From positions 1-17,535 of the forward strand of contig CAXTYC010000059.1 in assembly GCA_964248365.1 (NCBI GenBank): a DNA stretch of 17,535 nt, written 5' to 3'. The position numbers and the translations under genes are program-made. Position 1 is the stretch's first letter. Every line of letters starts with the position of its first letter. The notes under the pieces are model-generated. The model did no database searches and had not been told where the DNA came from. It was given only the letters and a program-made list of their open reading frames with translations. Source of the stretch: an uncultured Chroococcidiopsis sp. Lineage in GTDB: Bacteria; Cyanobacteriota; Cyanobacteriia; Cyanobacteriales; Chroococcidiopsidaceae. Of this stretch, positions 1 to 9,093 are shown piece after piece.

Positions 1-486
1 CAATTGCAAACTGCTTAAACCACAAGCGTTTCGGCTTTTCTTAGTGCCATTCGGGTATGCTCTAAGTCTTGGATTGGGCAAAGCACTGTCTGAAGTTTTC
101 AGTAGTGGAACAGCACTCAAGAGAGCCTATGAGTTTTTGCCAATCCAAAAGTGAAATTTTCAAGCGTGATTGAGCCGCACTGTCTAATGACGGCGCAGAC
201 TGTTGCAGAACAAGACATAATGCTGTGTGTTGGAGACACAACTTTTCTTGATGATGGCAGTATTGAGGCGAAAAAAGAAGGTTACGGCCTAATTGGTAAG
301 GGAGGTAACGGTTTAATATTACACAGCGCTTTAGCAATAGAACCAGAAAAAGGTCAGTCCCTTGGTCTGTTGTGGCAAAAACTTTGGCATCGTGAGCCAA
401 AACCGAAACCACCAAAGGATGAAACTCCGATACAGAAGAAAAAAAGGCTATCCTCTGCCCGAAAAGAAGCCCGAAATCGCCCGTTT

Positions 487-589
487 AGATTTCTCCAAAA
501 ATTAAAGCCAGCCCGTCGGGACAAGTCGCGCAGGCGCTCTCGCACCATAGATAACCCTTGAGGGCTGGCTTTAATTTATGGAAACGTCT
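487..589. mobile_element. 103-bp MITE with 28-bp imperfect TIRs and a 3-bp TTT target duplication
   Basis: Left end AGATTTCTCCAAAAATTAAAGCCAGCCC versus reverse-complemented right end AGACGTTTCCATAAATTAAAGCCAGCCC (24/28 match). TTT lies at 484-486 and 590-592. Removing the element and one TTT restores 'RNRPFEQKESYKW' in one frame. Confidence 0.9.
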
Positions 590-1019
590 TTTGAACAAAA
601 AGAATCTTACAAGTGGGTAGAAGCGCTCACTAGGGTAGAAAAACTTATGAGTCGGCACACACGAGTGGTTCATGCTTTCGACCGAGAAGGTGATATTACA
701 GAAGTTTTTGATCGAGTTCGCCAACTTCAACACACCGGAGTTATCGTTCGCGCGGCTCATAACCGTAGCTTGGATTCCTCAAGCGAGCGTCTTTGGTCAA
801 AGCTAGAAGCACAACAAATCAGTTTTGATATGGAAATCGAATTACCCAAGACTTGTAAACGTTCTGCCCGCCAAACCAAGCTAGCTGTACGATTTTGTCC
901 TGTTAATCTTCGTACTCCTTACCGCTTTGATAACCGTGACCCAATACTAGTGTATGCTGTTTATGCCACTGAGATTAATTGTCCAGAAGGTGAAACACCT
1001 GTAGAGTGGATGTTGCTTA

Positions 1020-1122
1020 GCACCTGTTCTAAAATAAAGTTGTCAGCCGGAAACATTGCATCTACGCCACTAACCGATAAATTCCAATACACGGCTGACA
1101 ACTTTATTTACAGACAACCCCC
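1020..1122. mobile_element. 103-bp MITE with a TA target duplication, inserted in frame
   Basis: Perfect 18-bp inverted repeat AAATAAAGTTGTCAGCCG (1032-1049 and 1092-1109). TA lies at 1018-1019 and 1123-1124. Removal restores 'EWMLLTTEVV'. The 105-bp insert reads as 35 stop-free codons. Confidence 0.9.
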
Positions 1123-1564
1123 TACCACAGAAGTTGTTGCAGATATCCAAACGGCTGCTACGATTTTACGTTGGTATTCTTACCGCTGGCGTGTGGAAGA
1201 ATATCATAAAATTTTCAAGTCTGGATGTCAGGTGGAAAGATACAAACTTGCGGCTGATGGTATGAAGCCCTTGATTGGTTTCTTGAGTGTGATTGCTGTT
1301 GAACTTTTGCAGTTGACTTATCTACACCGCACTCAGCCTTCCGCCCCCGCAATTGTTGTCCTTAATCCCCTTCAGCTTCAGGTTTTGAGTGCGAAATCGC
1401 CCAAACTACCTAAAGTGTTAACAGTTAGTTAGGCTGTGGAAGCGATCGCTCGTTTAGGCGGTTATCTTGAACATCGCCATAAAACCCCCATTGGTATCCA
1501 GGTATTGTGGCGGGGCTGGTTAAAATTGCACGACCTTTGTGAGGGTTGGCAGCTTGCTAAAGAG

Positions 1565-1583
1565 ACTTAACGGGAAAAGTCAG
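1565..1583. mobile_element. Right terminal inverted repeat of the IS4/IS50-like element
   Basis: The reverse complement CTGACTTTTCCCGTTAAGT (19 bp) resembles the Tn5 outside end CTGACTCTTATACACAAGT and overlaps the transposase stop codon. Confidence 0.75.
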
Positions 1584-1690
1584 ATGCATGACTCAGTTAT
1601 TGGGCTATTTATTAACCGCTACGAGTTTGGTCTAAACATCTAACAACACTTTGAGAACACCACCAACTTATGCAATGGGATGAAATTTAA

Positions 1691-4402
1691 CTAAGTCCAG
1701 TTTCCCAGCAATACATACGCCGCCCAGTAGTATGGCGATTTATATTCTGGGTTTTTCAAGATCGCAAGTTGGGCGCGACGGAGAGCTTCTGCTTTCGAGA
1801 TCCCTGTTTTACTCGCTTGTACCAATTGGTCATAAAACTGGCTTATCAGTGTTGCTGAAGCTTCATCGTCAACCCGCCATAGGGTGGCTACGGTACTGCG
1901 AGCGCCAGAACGTACTGCTACACCTGCTAATCCCAATGCAGAGCGATCGTCACCTTGAGCCGTTTCACAAGCACTAAGTACGAGGAGTTCGAGCGCGTTT
2001 TTCCGCAATAATTCAACTGTTTTTAACAGGCTGCTAAGTTGATTAACTTTGATTTTGCCATCCCAAGTGAGAATAAAGGTTTTATCTTCTTGAGAACTAA
2101 ATTGACCGTGCGTTGCTAAATGTACAATCGGGTATGAAACGGTAGATACTCGATTTGTAAAGGCAGAATTTGTAAACTTCTGGTTAAATAGGACAGAGCT
2201 GGGAATTTCGGAGGCAATTTTTTTTACTTCCTTTTCGACATTGGGTAGGGCTGAAAACTCAGGTGGACGAGCTGCACCAAGTCCAGCTACTAAGGCTCCC
2301 AAGCGTTCTTGTTTAAGTGATCGCGGTGCTAATAATTGTAGTCCTGGTGTTAAAGCAACGCTATATTTTTCCACGAGGAACTTTTGACCATCATGCAACG
2401 CCGTCATGGGAATATTCCGCAAAACACCATCTAAAACAAATACCAATGTTTCTACTTTACTCGCTTCAAGATCTGCGGCTGAGGGACGGATTACTAAATT
2501 GTACATTTTTTGAAGTTGGGGAAGCGCTAGATCGAAAGTAGTCTGTTGGCTGAGAACGTCTCGCAAACGCGATGCCAGTGACTCGATTTGTTGGCGGTTG
2601 ATTGCTGTTTTGTAGTAGCGAAAATCACGACTATCTTCGGGTTGCAAGTTGTTCTCAGATTTCGGTAAGCTGGCAATAATAGCAAGTTGATCTTCTAAAA
2701 TAATCGGGTAAATTACCGCAGCTCGTCGATCCACTCGATCTACTTGTGCAGGGTTCGCATTCAAACAAGCTTCTCGGAAAAAGTTATCTAGTTCAACTAA
2801 TTGCAAGCCTTCAATTACATCTCGCGCCGCTTTAAGATTATCTTCTTGATTCGTTTGTACTAGCAAGCTGACGAGTTGACGGTGAATCGGTTCAACTGCA
2901 TCTCGGAAGGAAAATTGCACGTCGGGACTCGCCGATGCTAAGTCTGCCCGTAGCGATTTAATTGTCCCTACGGCTTCTTTATATGCCGCGATCGCGCTTT
3001 CATTTTTCCCCTGCGCTTTCTCCACCCGTCCTAGCTGCCACTGCCAAAGGTAGGCAATATCACCAGCATTGATTTGTTGTGCTAATTGAACTGCTTGTTG
3101 GGTGAGATTTTCCGCTTCTGACCACTGTTGGGTTTGCTCGTAAACATTGCCAAGACTTCCCAGCGCGTAAGCTTGTGTACGCGGATTTCCTAAATCTTTG
3201 CCTTGTTCAACTGCCACTGCCAGTAGTTGCGCGATTTCAAGCATTGAACCAGAGCCACTATCAATCCTTTCTTCTTCCCCTCTGCTCCTCTGCCGCTCTG
3301 CCGCTCTGCCGCTCTGCCCCTCTGCCTTCCTCATCCGCATCATTGTTTGAGCAAGGTTTACCCGTGCTTCAATTGCAGTGTTGCTCGGAGGTAGAGCCTC
3401 GATTTGTTGTCGTACCTGGGGCAGAAGGGTTTTCGCTTCATCGGTGCGATCGCTATCAACCAGCAAACTGATTTGATTGAGTTGTGCTTGCACTCGAAGA
3501 AGAGCGGGTGCAGATGTGGCAGCTTGTTGATAGAGATTCAGGGCAGAAGGGGGATCGGCAGCAGCGCGGGCAGTGTTACCTAAACTGATTTGAGCTAATG
3601 CGATCGTCTCTGGTAGCTGCAATTTATTCGCAATAGCGAGGCTGCGTGACAAAACAAAACGCGCTTGTTGCAAGTTGCCAACTACCCTGAGCGAGTCTCC
3701 CAAGGTACGCAGTGCAGTTGCTGTTTCGGGAGAGGCTGAAATTGACAAGATTTTTAGTTGTTCATCCTTGGCTGTGGGAAGCTCGTCTAACTTCAATGCA
3801 GTTTCGAGTAGGGTAATTGCGCGTCGATAAAAACCCAAACTTTGCAGAGCTTGTGCAGAGTTAGTTTGGCTCATAAGCGCTTTTGTGGGTTTTTTCTGCT
3901 GGATATATATAACTGTGGCGCGTTCCCAGGATTTGAGTGCAGCATCGGCTTGTCCCCGTGCTAGTTGTAACCCGCCTTGGATGTCGAGGGCTTGGGCGAG
4001 TGCTAACAATTGCTCATTACTTGTAGGTTTTACAACTTCTAACAATGCAATACTATCAGTAATTGCCTGATTAGCGTCGTTCCACTGTCCTAATTGTTGG
4101 TAGCAAAGTGACAAATTGCTCAGACCGAGGGCTTGACGAATGGGGTCTTTCTGTGCTTTATATGCACAGACGGCTTGTTGAAAGAGTGAGGCGGCAGAGG
4201 AAAATTGACGTGACTGGTAGAGCGATCGCGCTTGCTGTTCCAGAGACGATCCCGATTGCGAAGAAGCGCTGAATGTGTTAGTTACTGTACGAGCAAAAGG
4301 GGGTGATGCGATACATAATAATGCAGTCATCATCATCGGCATCACAAACCGCACAAATATTTTGTAGTATTTTTTGATACGTCTAATTTTTGCTTTTTTC
4401 AT
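1691..4402 (-). CDS. TPR-repeat plus CHAT (caspase-like, clan CD) protease, probably exported
   Basis: 903 aa. Basic then hydrophobic N-terminus (signal- or TM-like), many TPR-like helices ('ALGLSNLSLCYQQLGQWNDA', 'AYALGSLGNVYEQTQQW'), and CHAT motifs 'LVFVLDGVLRNIPMTAL', 'VHLATHGQF' (His), 'LLVLSACETA' (Cys), 'GARSTVATLWRVDD', 'PYYWAAYVLLGNW'. Confidence 0.93.
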   Translation of the reverse strand: MKKAKIRRIKKYYKIFVRFVMPMMMTALLCIASPPFARTVTNTFSASSQSGSSLEQQARSLYQSRQFSSAASLFQQAVCAYKAQKDPIRQALGLSNLSLCYQQLGQWNDANQAITDSIALLEVVKPTSNEQLLALAQALDIQGGLQLARGQADAALKSWERATVIYIQQKKPTKALMSQTNSAQALQSLGFYRRAITLLETALKLDELPTAKDEQLKILSISASPETATALRTLGDSLRVVGNLQQARFVLSRSLAIANKLQLPETIALAQISLGNTARAAADPPSALNLYQQAATSAPALLRVQAQLNQISLLVDSDRTDEAKTLLPQVRQQIEALPPSNTAIEARVNLAQTMMRMRKAEGQSGRAAERQRSRGEEERIDSGSGSMLEIAQLLAVAVEQGKDLGNPRTQAYALGSLGNVYEQTQQWSEAENLTQQAVQLAQQINAGDIAYLWQWQLGRVEKAQGKNESAIAAYKEAVGTIKSLRADLASASPDVQFSFRDAVEPIHRQLVSLLVQTNQEDNLKAARDVIEGLQLVELDNFFREACLNANPAQVDRVDRRAAVIYPIILEDQLAIIASLPKSENNLQPEDSRDFRYYKTAINRQQIESLASRLRDVLSQQTTFDLALPQLQKMYNLVIRPSAADLEASKVETLVFVLDGVLRNIPMTALHDGQKFLVEKYSVALTPGLQLLAPRSLKQERLGALVAGLGAARPPEFSALPNVEKEVKKIASEIPSSVLFNQKFTNSAFTNRVSTVSYPIVHLATHGQFSSQEDKTFILTWDGKIKVNQLSSLLKTVELLRKNALELLVLSACETAQGDDRSALGLAGVAVRSGARSTVATLWRVDDEASATLISQFYDQLVQASKTGISKAEALRRAQLAILKNPEYKSPYYWAAYVLLGNWT
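3281..3328. repeat. Six tandem 8-mer units (TCTGCYNN, STRR-like) inside the TPR-CHAT gene
   Basis: TCTGCTCC, TCTGCCGC x3, TCTGCCCC, TCTGCCTT = 48 bp, frame-preserving. It encodes the low-complexity linker 'KAEGQSGRAAERQRSR'. Confidence 0.85.
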
Positions 4403-4420
4403 CTTTCTAGATATTATTTA

Positions 4421-4534
4421 GAGGCTATCTCAAAACTGCACAATTGATCAGATCCCCCTTAATCCCCCGAATCTTGGGGGACTTAAAACTTTTGAATTGC
4501 GCCTTTTTAACTCTGTTTTTTGGTGACAAGCCTC
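4421..4534. repeat. Possible degenerate MITE or dispersed palindromic repeat in the intergenic region
   Basis: Ends GAGGCT...AGCCTC with weak further complementarity, and an internal hairpin TCCCCCGAATCTTGGGGGA similar to the core of the 8736-8895 element. No clean target duplication. Confidence 0.4.
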
Positions 4535-4599
4535 AGCCTTGCCTTTGAGGGTTAGCTAGCTCTTGCCTGCTGGCAATCCCACAGGTGCAAGATCTAAGT

Positions 4600-7500
4600 T
4601 TACTTGGATACAGGACAAGTTGCCTGTGTGGTAGTAGCATTGGGTGTAGCTTGTGGTGCAGAGGCAACAAGGGCAATTTTACCGTCAGCAGTTTTTACCC
4701 ACCCTTGTGCCTCGACAATTGTAGTCGGGGTTGCGGTTAATGCAGGCTCGGATGTCTGCAACGATATATTTGTCTGTGTTTCCCCATCTATTGATGCTAG
4801 TGGACTAAGGCTAGTTGATCCGGCTAATGGTTCGAGGGGGTTTGGTGGTAAACTACCACGTCCAGTGACGATAAATTCACCCAAGGGGCGAGAAGCATTA
4901 GCACCATTTGGGCAAACTTGAGCAATTTGATTGCTAGCATCGAGGACAGATGCGGGTAATTCTACCAATCCTTGCTCCGGTTGGACGTTTGGCTGGGTGA
5001 TGGTAACCTGTCCTTGTACGCCTAATTGAGAACTGGCAGTGATGTCGCTTTGTGCTGTTGGTTTGGAACGCTGTTGGATGCCGAAGATGCCTTGGGTGCC
5101 GATCTTAACGTTGCCCCCGCGTCCTTGAAAAGCGTTGGCGGTAATGTCGCTATTTTCATTTGGTATGGCGATAATGAAGGGTGAATTGATGGTAATGTTA
5201 CCGCCATCACCACCTGCATTGGCAGTGCCTGCCGTCGTCGAGATTTGACTGGCACGACGCAGTAGTAATAATTTTCCTAAGTCTAAATTAATATTACCGC
5301 CAGTGCTGCTAGCAGTTTGAGCAGAAATAGAGGCTTGATTGTCAAGGGTGAGAGTACCTGCTTGTAGCGTAATATTGCCTGCATTACCATTATTGGAAGT
5401 TGCCGCCGTTACAACCGTACTATCAGAAACTCGGAAATTACCTGTATTAACAGTAATATTTCCAGCATCACCATTGCCAGATGTTTGGGCAGATAGGTAG
5501 GCATTATTATTTAACCCCAGCGAGTTGCTGGTTAATCTGATATTACCACCCTTGCCCACGCCATTAGATCCTACTAAACTGAAGACACCGCTTGAGTTTC
5601 CATTGCTGCCTGTACTGTCTAAGGTAACGGCATCGCGGGCATCAATAGTGATGTCACCTGCATTACCCTGCCCAAAAGTGCTAACATTTACTTTACCGCC
5701 GTTGGTCAAAGATAAGGAGTCAGTGGTTAGCAAGATATTGCCTGCATTGCCAAAGCCAGTTTCAGAGACTGTGCTAGAAGCATTGCTAGCAATATTATTG
5801 TTGCCTACACCATCAAACTTAACCGTATTGCCAGCATCGATAGTGATATTCCCGCCATTACCCTGCCCAGCAGTGTCAGCAAGCAATTGAGCGCCATTGG
5901 TAACAGAAAGAGAATTGGTTGTGATTTGGATATCTCCCCCCTTACCTGCTCCTCCAAGTAATAGTTCGCTAATAGCGCCGCTAGGAACTCCCTTGCTGTC
6001 GATGCCGTCAAAAGCAACTGTATTTTGAGCTACAATGGCAATTTTGCCTGCATTGCCCTGCCCAGCGCTACTTGCATTGATGTAACCACCATTTTTTAAG
6101 AACAATGCCCGACCATTTATGCGGATATTACCACCATTGCCTATACCATTAGATCCCAGAGCGCTGCTGGCGTTGCTCGGTAAGCTACTTTCTGTTCCGT
6201 CTGTTGTGAGAAATTTTTGTTCGCCCTCAATGGTGATGGTATCGCGAGCATTAACGGTGATATCGCCTGCATTTCCTCGCCCATCAGAGCTATTGGATAA
6301 TAACGCGCCATTTGTTAGCCCTAGGGAACCAGTTGCGATCTGGATGTCCCCCGCTTTGCCAAAAGCGTTAGTTTCCAAGATGCTATCAATACTACTAGCT
6401 TTACCTTTATAGTCCACGCCACTGCCAAGGTTAACAGCATCGCGGGCATTAACAGTGATATTGCCAGCGTTACCTTGTCCTAAAACGCTGGTAGACAACT
6501 GTGAACCATTGGTTAACGTGACAGTTCCAGTTGTTAGCTCGATATTTCCTCCCCTACCCACACCGTATTCAGACACATTGCTGCTGGCAACGCTATTATT
6601 ATCAAAAGTCACAGCATCGCGGGCATCAATCGTGATGTTTCCTCCATCTCCTTTTCCATCAGTGCTACTGCTTAAATAAGCACCGTTGGTTAATGTAAAA
6701 GTTCCAGTTGCAATTTGGATATCTCCGGCTTTGCCTGTAGCTCCTGGTTGTGTAGTAGTGAGCGCACGGCTAAAGTTTTCCTCCCCTTTGCCATCAAAAG
6801 CAACGCCAGAGCGGGCATTAATATTAATAATTGCCCCCATTCCCAGAACCCTCAACAATAGCAGTGATAAGTTCACCGCCTTTGTTTACTGTCAGAGAAC
6901 CAGTATTAATGTTAATACTGCCACCGTTGCCTTCTCCCCCTACTTCACTGTAAATGCCTCCATCTTCAAGGGAAACAGAATCAGCAGCCCAGGTAGAGAT
7001 ATTACCAGCATTCCCTTTGCCCTGGGTAGTGGCATTTAAGCTAGCGCCATCTTTTAACAAGAGTGCAGGGGCAGAAATATTTATATTGCCACCATTACCA
7101 TTAGCGTTGGTAGAAACTTGGTTTTGAACAATACTTGCTTGGGCAATTGTCATTGTCCCAGAAGCATTGAGCGTAATATCTCCCGCCTGTGTCGTAGCGT
7201 TCCCTAAATTCTCTTCAATTCCTGCTAATAGAGTTGAATTGGAAATCTCCAGGTTACGCGCATTGATGGCAATATCTCCGCCACCTGCACCAAAAACACT
7301 AATTGCAGCATTGTTAGTTAAAGACACATCTGCACGGGGTACATCTTTAGGAACATTTAAGCTGAGGGTATTACCCGCAACATTTAGCCCCACGCTGACT
7401 GGTGCTGATAATCCTGCTAACTCAATCCGCCCGCCATAAGCTCTGAGTCTACCGCCATCCGAGTTGACATTACCCCCAACTAGCAGCAAACTCTTACCAT

Positions 7501-8116
7501 CTGCAACTCTTAAACCATTAGTATTGTTACCCTCAGGATTGATTCCGGCGGGTGCTATTGACTGATTAGTAATTCCTGCTGATGCTTGTAGTTGAGTAAA
7601 TAGCAACGCTGACGGATTAACCGTTAACAGCGGTGGTGCTTGTGGATTTGTGGCGCTAAAAAACCCTTGTTCACCAAAGCCAATAGCATTAGCAGTAGTC
7701 CCCACAAACGAACTGCGCAAATCCAAACGGGCATTTTGACCAAATATAATTCCGTTGGGATTGAGCAAAAACAAATTTGCCCCACCATCAACGCCCAACG
7801 TTCCCAAAATATTCGAGGCATTCCTACCTGTTACCCGTGTGAGAATATTTTGTATTCCATTGGGATTGGCAAAATAGACTCTTTGACCATTATCTATATT
7901 AAAGTCAGTAAAACTATGAAAAAGATTGCTGCCCCTGGTTGCGCCGCCATCAATCCTGTCTGCCGATGCACCATTAATTGTCACATTCGGAGTGAGGCGA
8001 GAACGTTCTGCACCCAGAGTGTTATCAGGGGTGATTTGGGATAAAGCTGGTGTGCCAGCAAGGATCGTAAAGCCGCATAACAGCAACAATGGCAGATCTG
8101 CGTAATTCTTTCTCAT
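4600..8116 (-). pseudogene. Filamentous haemagglutinin-like (TpsA) exoprotein, split by a +1 frameshift (~1171 aa if repaired)
   Basis: Signal peptide ('PALS-QITPD'), haemagglutination-activity/TPS domain ('NLFHSFTDFNI', 'NILTRVTG', 'ANLFLLNPNGIIFGQNARL'), many 'GNAGNITI' beta-helix repeats, and a C-terminus typical of cyanobacterial FHA-like proteins ('NSDITANAF', 'FIVTGRGSLPPNP', 'IVEAQGW'). ORFs 6824-8116 and 4600-6876 join if one base at 6829-6830 is removed, giving GNGGNININAR. Confidence 0.88.
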
Positions 8117-8363
8117 AAATCATACGGTGTGGATTAGAGGAGCGACAATGCGATCGCAAACAAAAATCTACTCTAAAAAAATTATTTCTTTGGTGGCATT
8201 GACAACATTACCATAGTCGCGATAGGAAATGAAAGAATGTTTAGTTATTTATTTAACTTGTGAGGCAATAGAAGCGCCTCATGTACACAAAGCCGCAACA
8301 AATGCTTCACGATTATTAACAAAATCAGGAGACGGTTGCTCAACTTGAAACATAGCCTGCAAG
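7919..8363. repeat. Direct repeat copy A (DUF928-like 3' end, intergenic DNA, FHA 5' end)
   Basis: Aligns with 9719-10163 at an offset of 1800 bp. Segment 8002-8105 versus 9802-9905 has one mismatch in 104 bp. The flanks are more diverged. Confidence 0.92.
8245..8363 (-). pseudogene. 3' remnant of a paralogue of the 10046-10825 (DUF928-like) gene
   Basis: Translates LQAMFQVEQPSPDFVNNREAFVAALCT* versus LQTLFQVQQPSDDFKKNREAYVAALCTS in the intact gene. It is cut off at the IS6 inverted repeat. Confidence 0.85.
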
Positions 8364-9048
8364 GGCATTGTCAAATTAAGTCAGCCGTAAGCTGCACCGT
8401 AACTTTTCAGTTTGTCCCCACGAGTTATCGTAGGGCAAAGCCTTGTTTTTTGAGCAACTTGCCCAAAAACTTCGCAAGCTGCCGCTTTATCTCGATGCCG
8501 CTGCATCAAAATATCCAGCACGTTACTATCAGAGTCAACCGCGCGCGGGGATAGTATTTCTGCCCGTTAATCATCACTACCATTTCGCCCTTGATGCCAC
8601 TTGTTGCCCACACGAGGCTGGCGGCGACGAATTTTATTAGCATACTGCTGCCCTTCTTCTTACACCACACTCGAATCGCTTCATAAGTGATGTTAACGCC
8701 CCAGTACAGTAGCATCTGCACATCCCGATAGCTTATACCAATTTTCCTAGATGATAACACAAAGAGCGATCCCCCTAGCCCCCTTAGATCCCCCTTTTTG
8801 TCCCCCTTTTAAAGGGGGAAACCAGAGTCAGCTACGCTATTAATATTAGGGGGTTTGGGGGATCGTAAAAAGTGCAAGTAGATGGAGAAACGGTATTAAG
8901 GGAAACGTGAAATAGAGCCAAAGTGCATAACTGATGATTTCGGCTGGCGAGCCTTAGCGGGAGTATATGACACAACGACTTAAGTAGGGCAATGAAAGTA
9001 TCTGGCGATCCTGCTGCTCTGTGTCATCGTCCTTAACTTGACAATGCC
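8364..9048 (-). mobile_element. Degenerate IS6-family element (transposase pseudogene, shortened)
   Basis: 17-bp terminal IRs GGCATTGTCAAATTAAG (8364-8380) and reverse-complemented GGCATTGTCAAGTTAAG (9032-9048). Minus-strand fragments 'PAEIISYALWLYFTFPL/SYRDV..GVNITYEAIRVWCKK' and 'EMVVMINGQKYY' match IS6 transposase N-termini. Stops and frameshifts are present, and no flanking target duplication is seen. Confidence 0.85.
8736..8895. mobile_element. 160-bp MITE nested in the IS6 transposase, TTA target duplication
   Basis: Ends TACCAATTTTCC versus reverse-complemented TACCGTTTCTCC (9/12). TTA lies at 8733-8735 and 8896-8898. Removal restores 'FTFPLSYRDV'. Internal C5/G5 inverted repeats are present (GATCCCCC...GGGGGATC; TCCCCCTTTTAAAGGGGGA). 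Confidence 0.85.
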
Positions 9049-9093
9049 ACTACACCTCATCTTTATATCCAATTTTGATGTGTTTGCCTTGCC

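Larger units (their letters stand above)
53..1570 (+). pseudogene. IS4 family (IS50/Tn5-like) transposase, disrupted
   Basis: Fragments join into an IS50-like DDE transposase: 'LCVGDTTFL', 'GLILHSALA', 'KESYKW', 'VVHAFDREGDI', 'IVRAAHNR', 'EWMLL/TTE', the YREK-like 'YSYRWRVEEYHKIFKSGCQVE', and 'IARLGGYL..PIGIQVLWRGW'. Lesions are a frame change at the T5 run 134-138, MITEs at 487-589 and 1020-1122, and an in-frame TAG at 1430-1432 with the frame continuing to TAA 1568-1570. The 5' end is not seen. Confidence 0.9.

Noticed and set aside
1020..1122. Intein or intron in the transposase
   Set aside because: Too short, no C-terminal His-Asn or splice motifs, and the inverted repeats plus TA duplication indicate a MITE.
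1691..4402. Type III-E CRISPR (Craspase) association of the TPR-CHAT
   Set aside because: No cas gene or repeat-spacer array in the window, and the protein has a signal-like N-terminus.
4604..8044. Several plus-strand ORFs overlapping the FHA gene
   Set aside because: These are antisense shadows of the Gly/Asn/Thr-rich repeats ('ILPPLP', 'MSPALP') with no independent coding signal.
8506..8760. 84-aa ORF as a real gene
   Set aside because: Its start lies within the MITE and the rest is a frameshifted IS6 transposase fragment.
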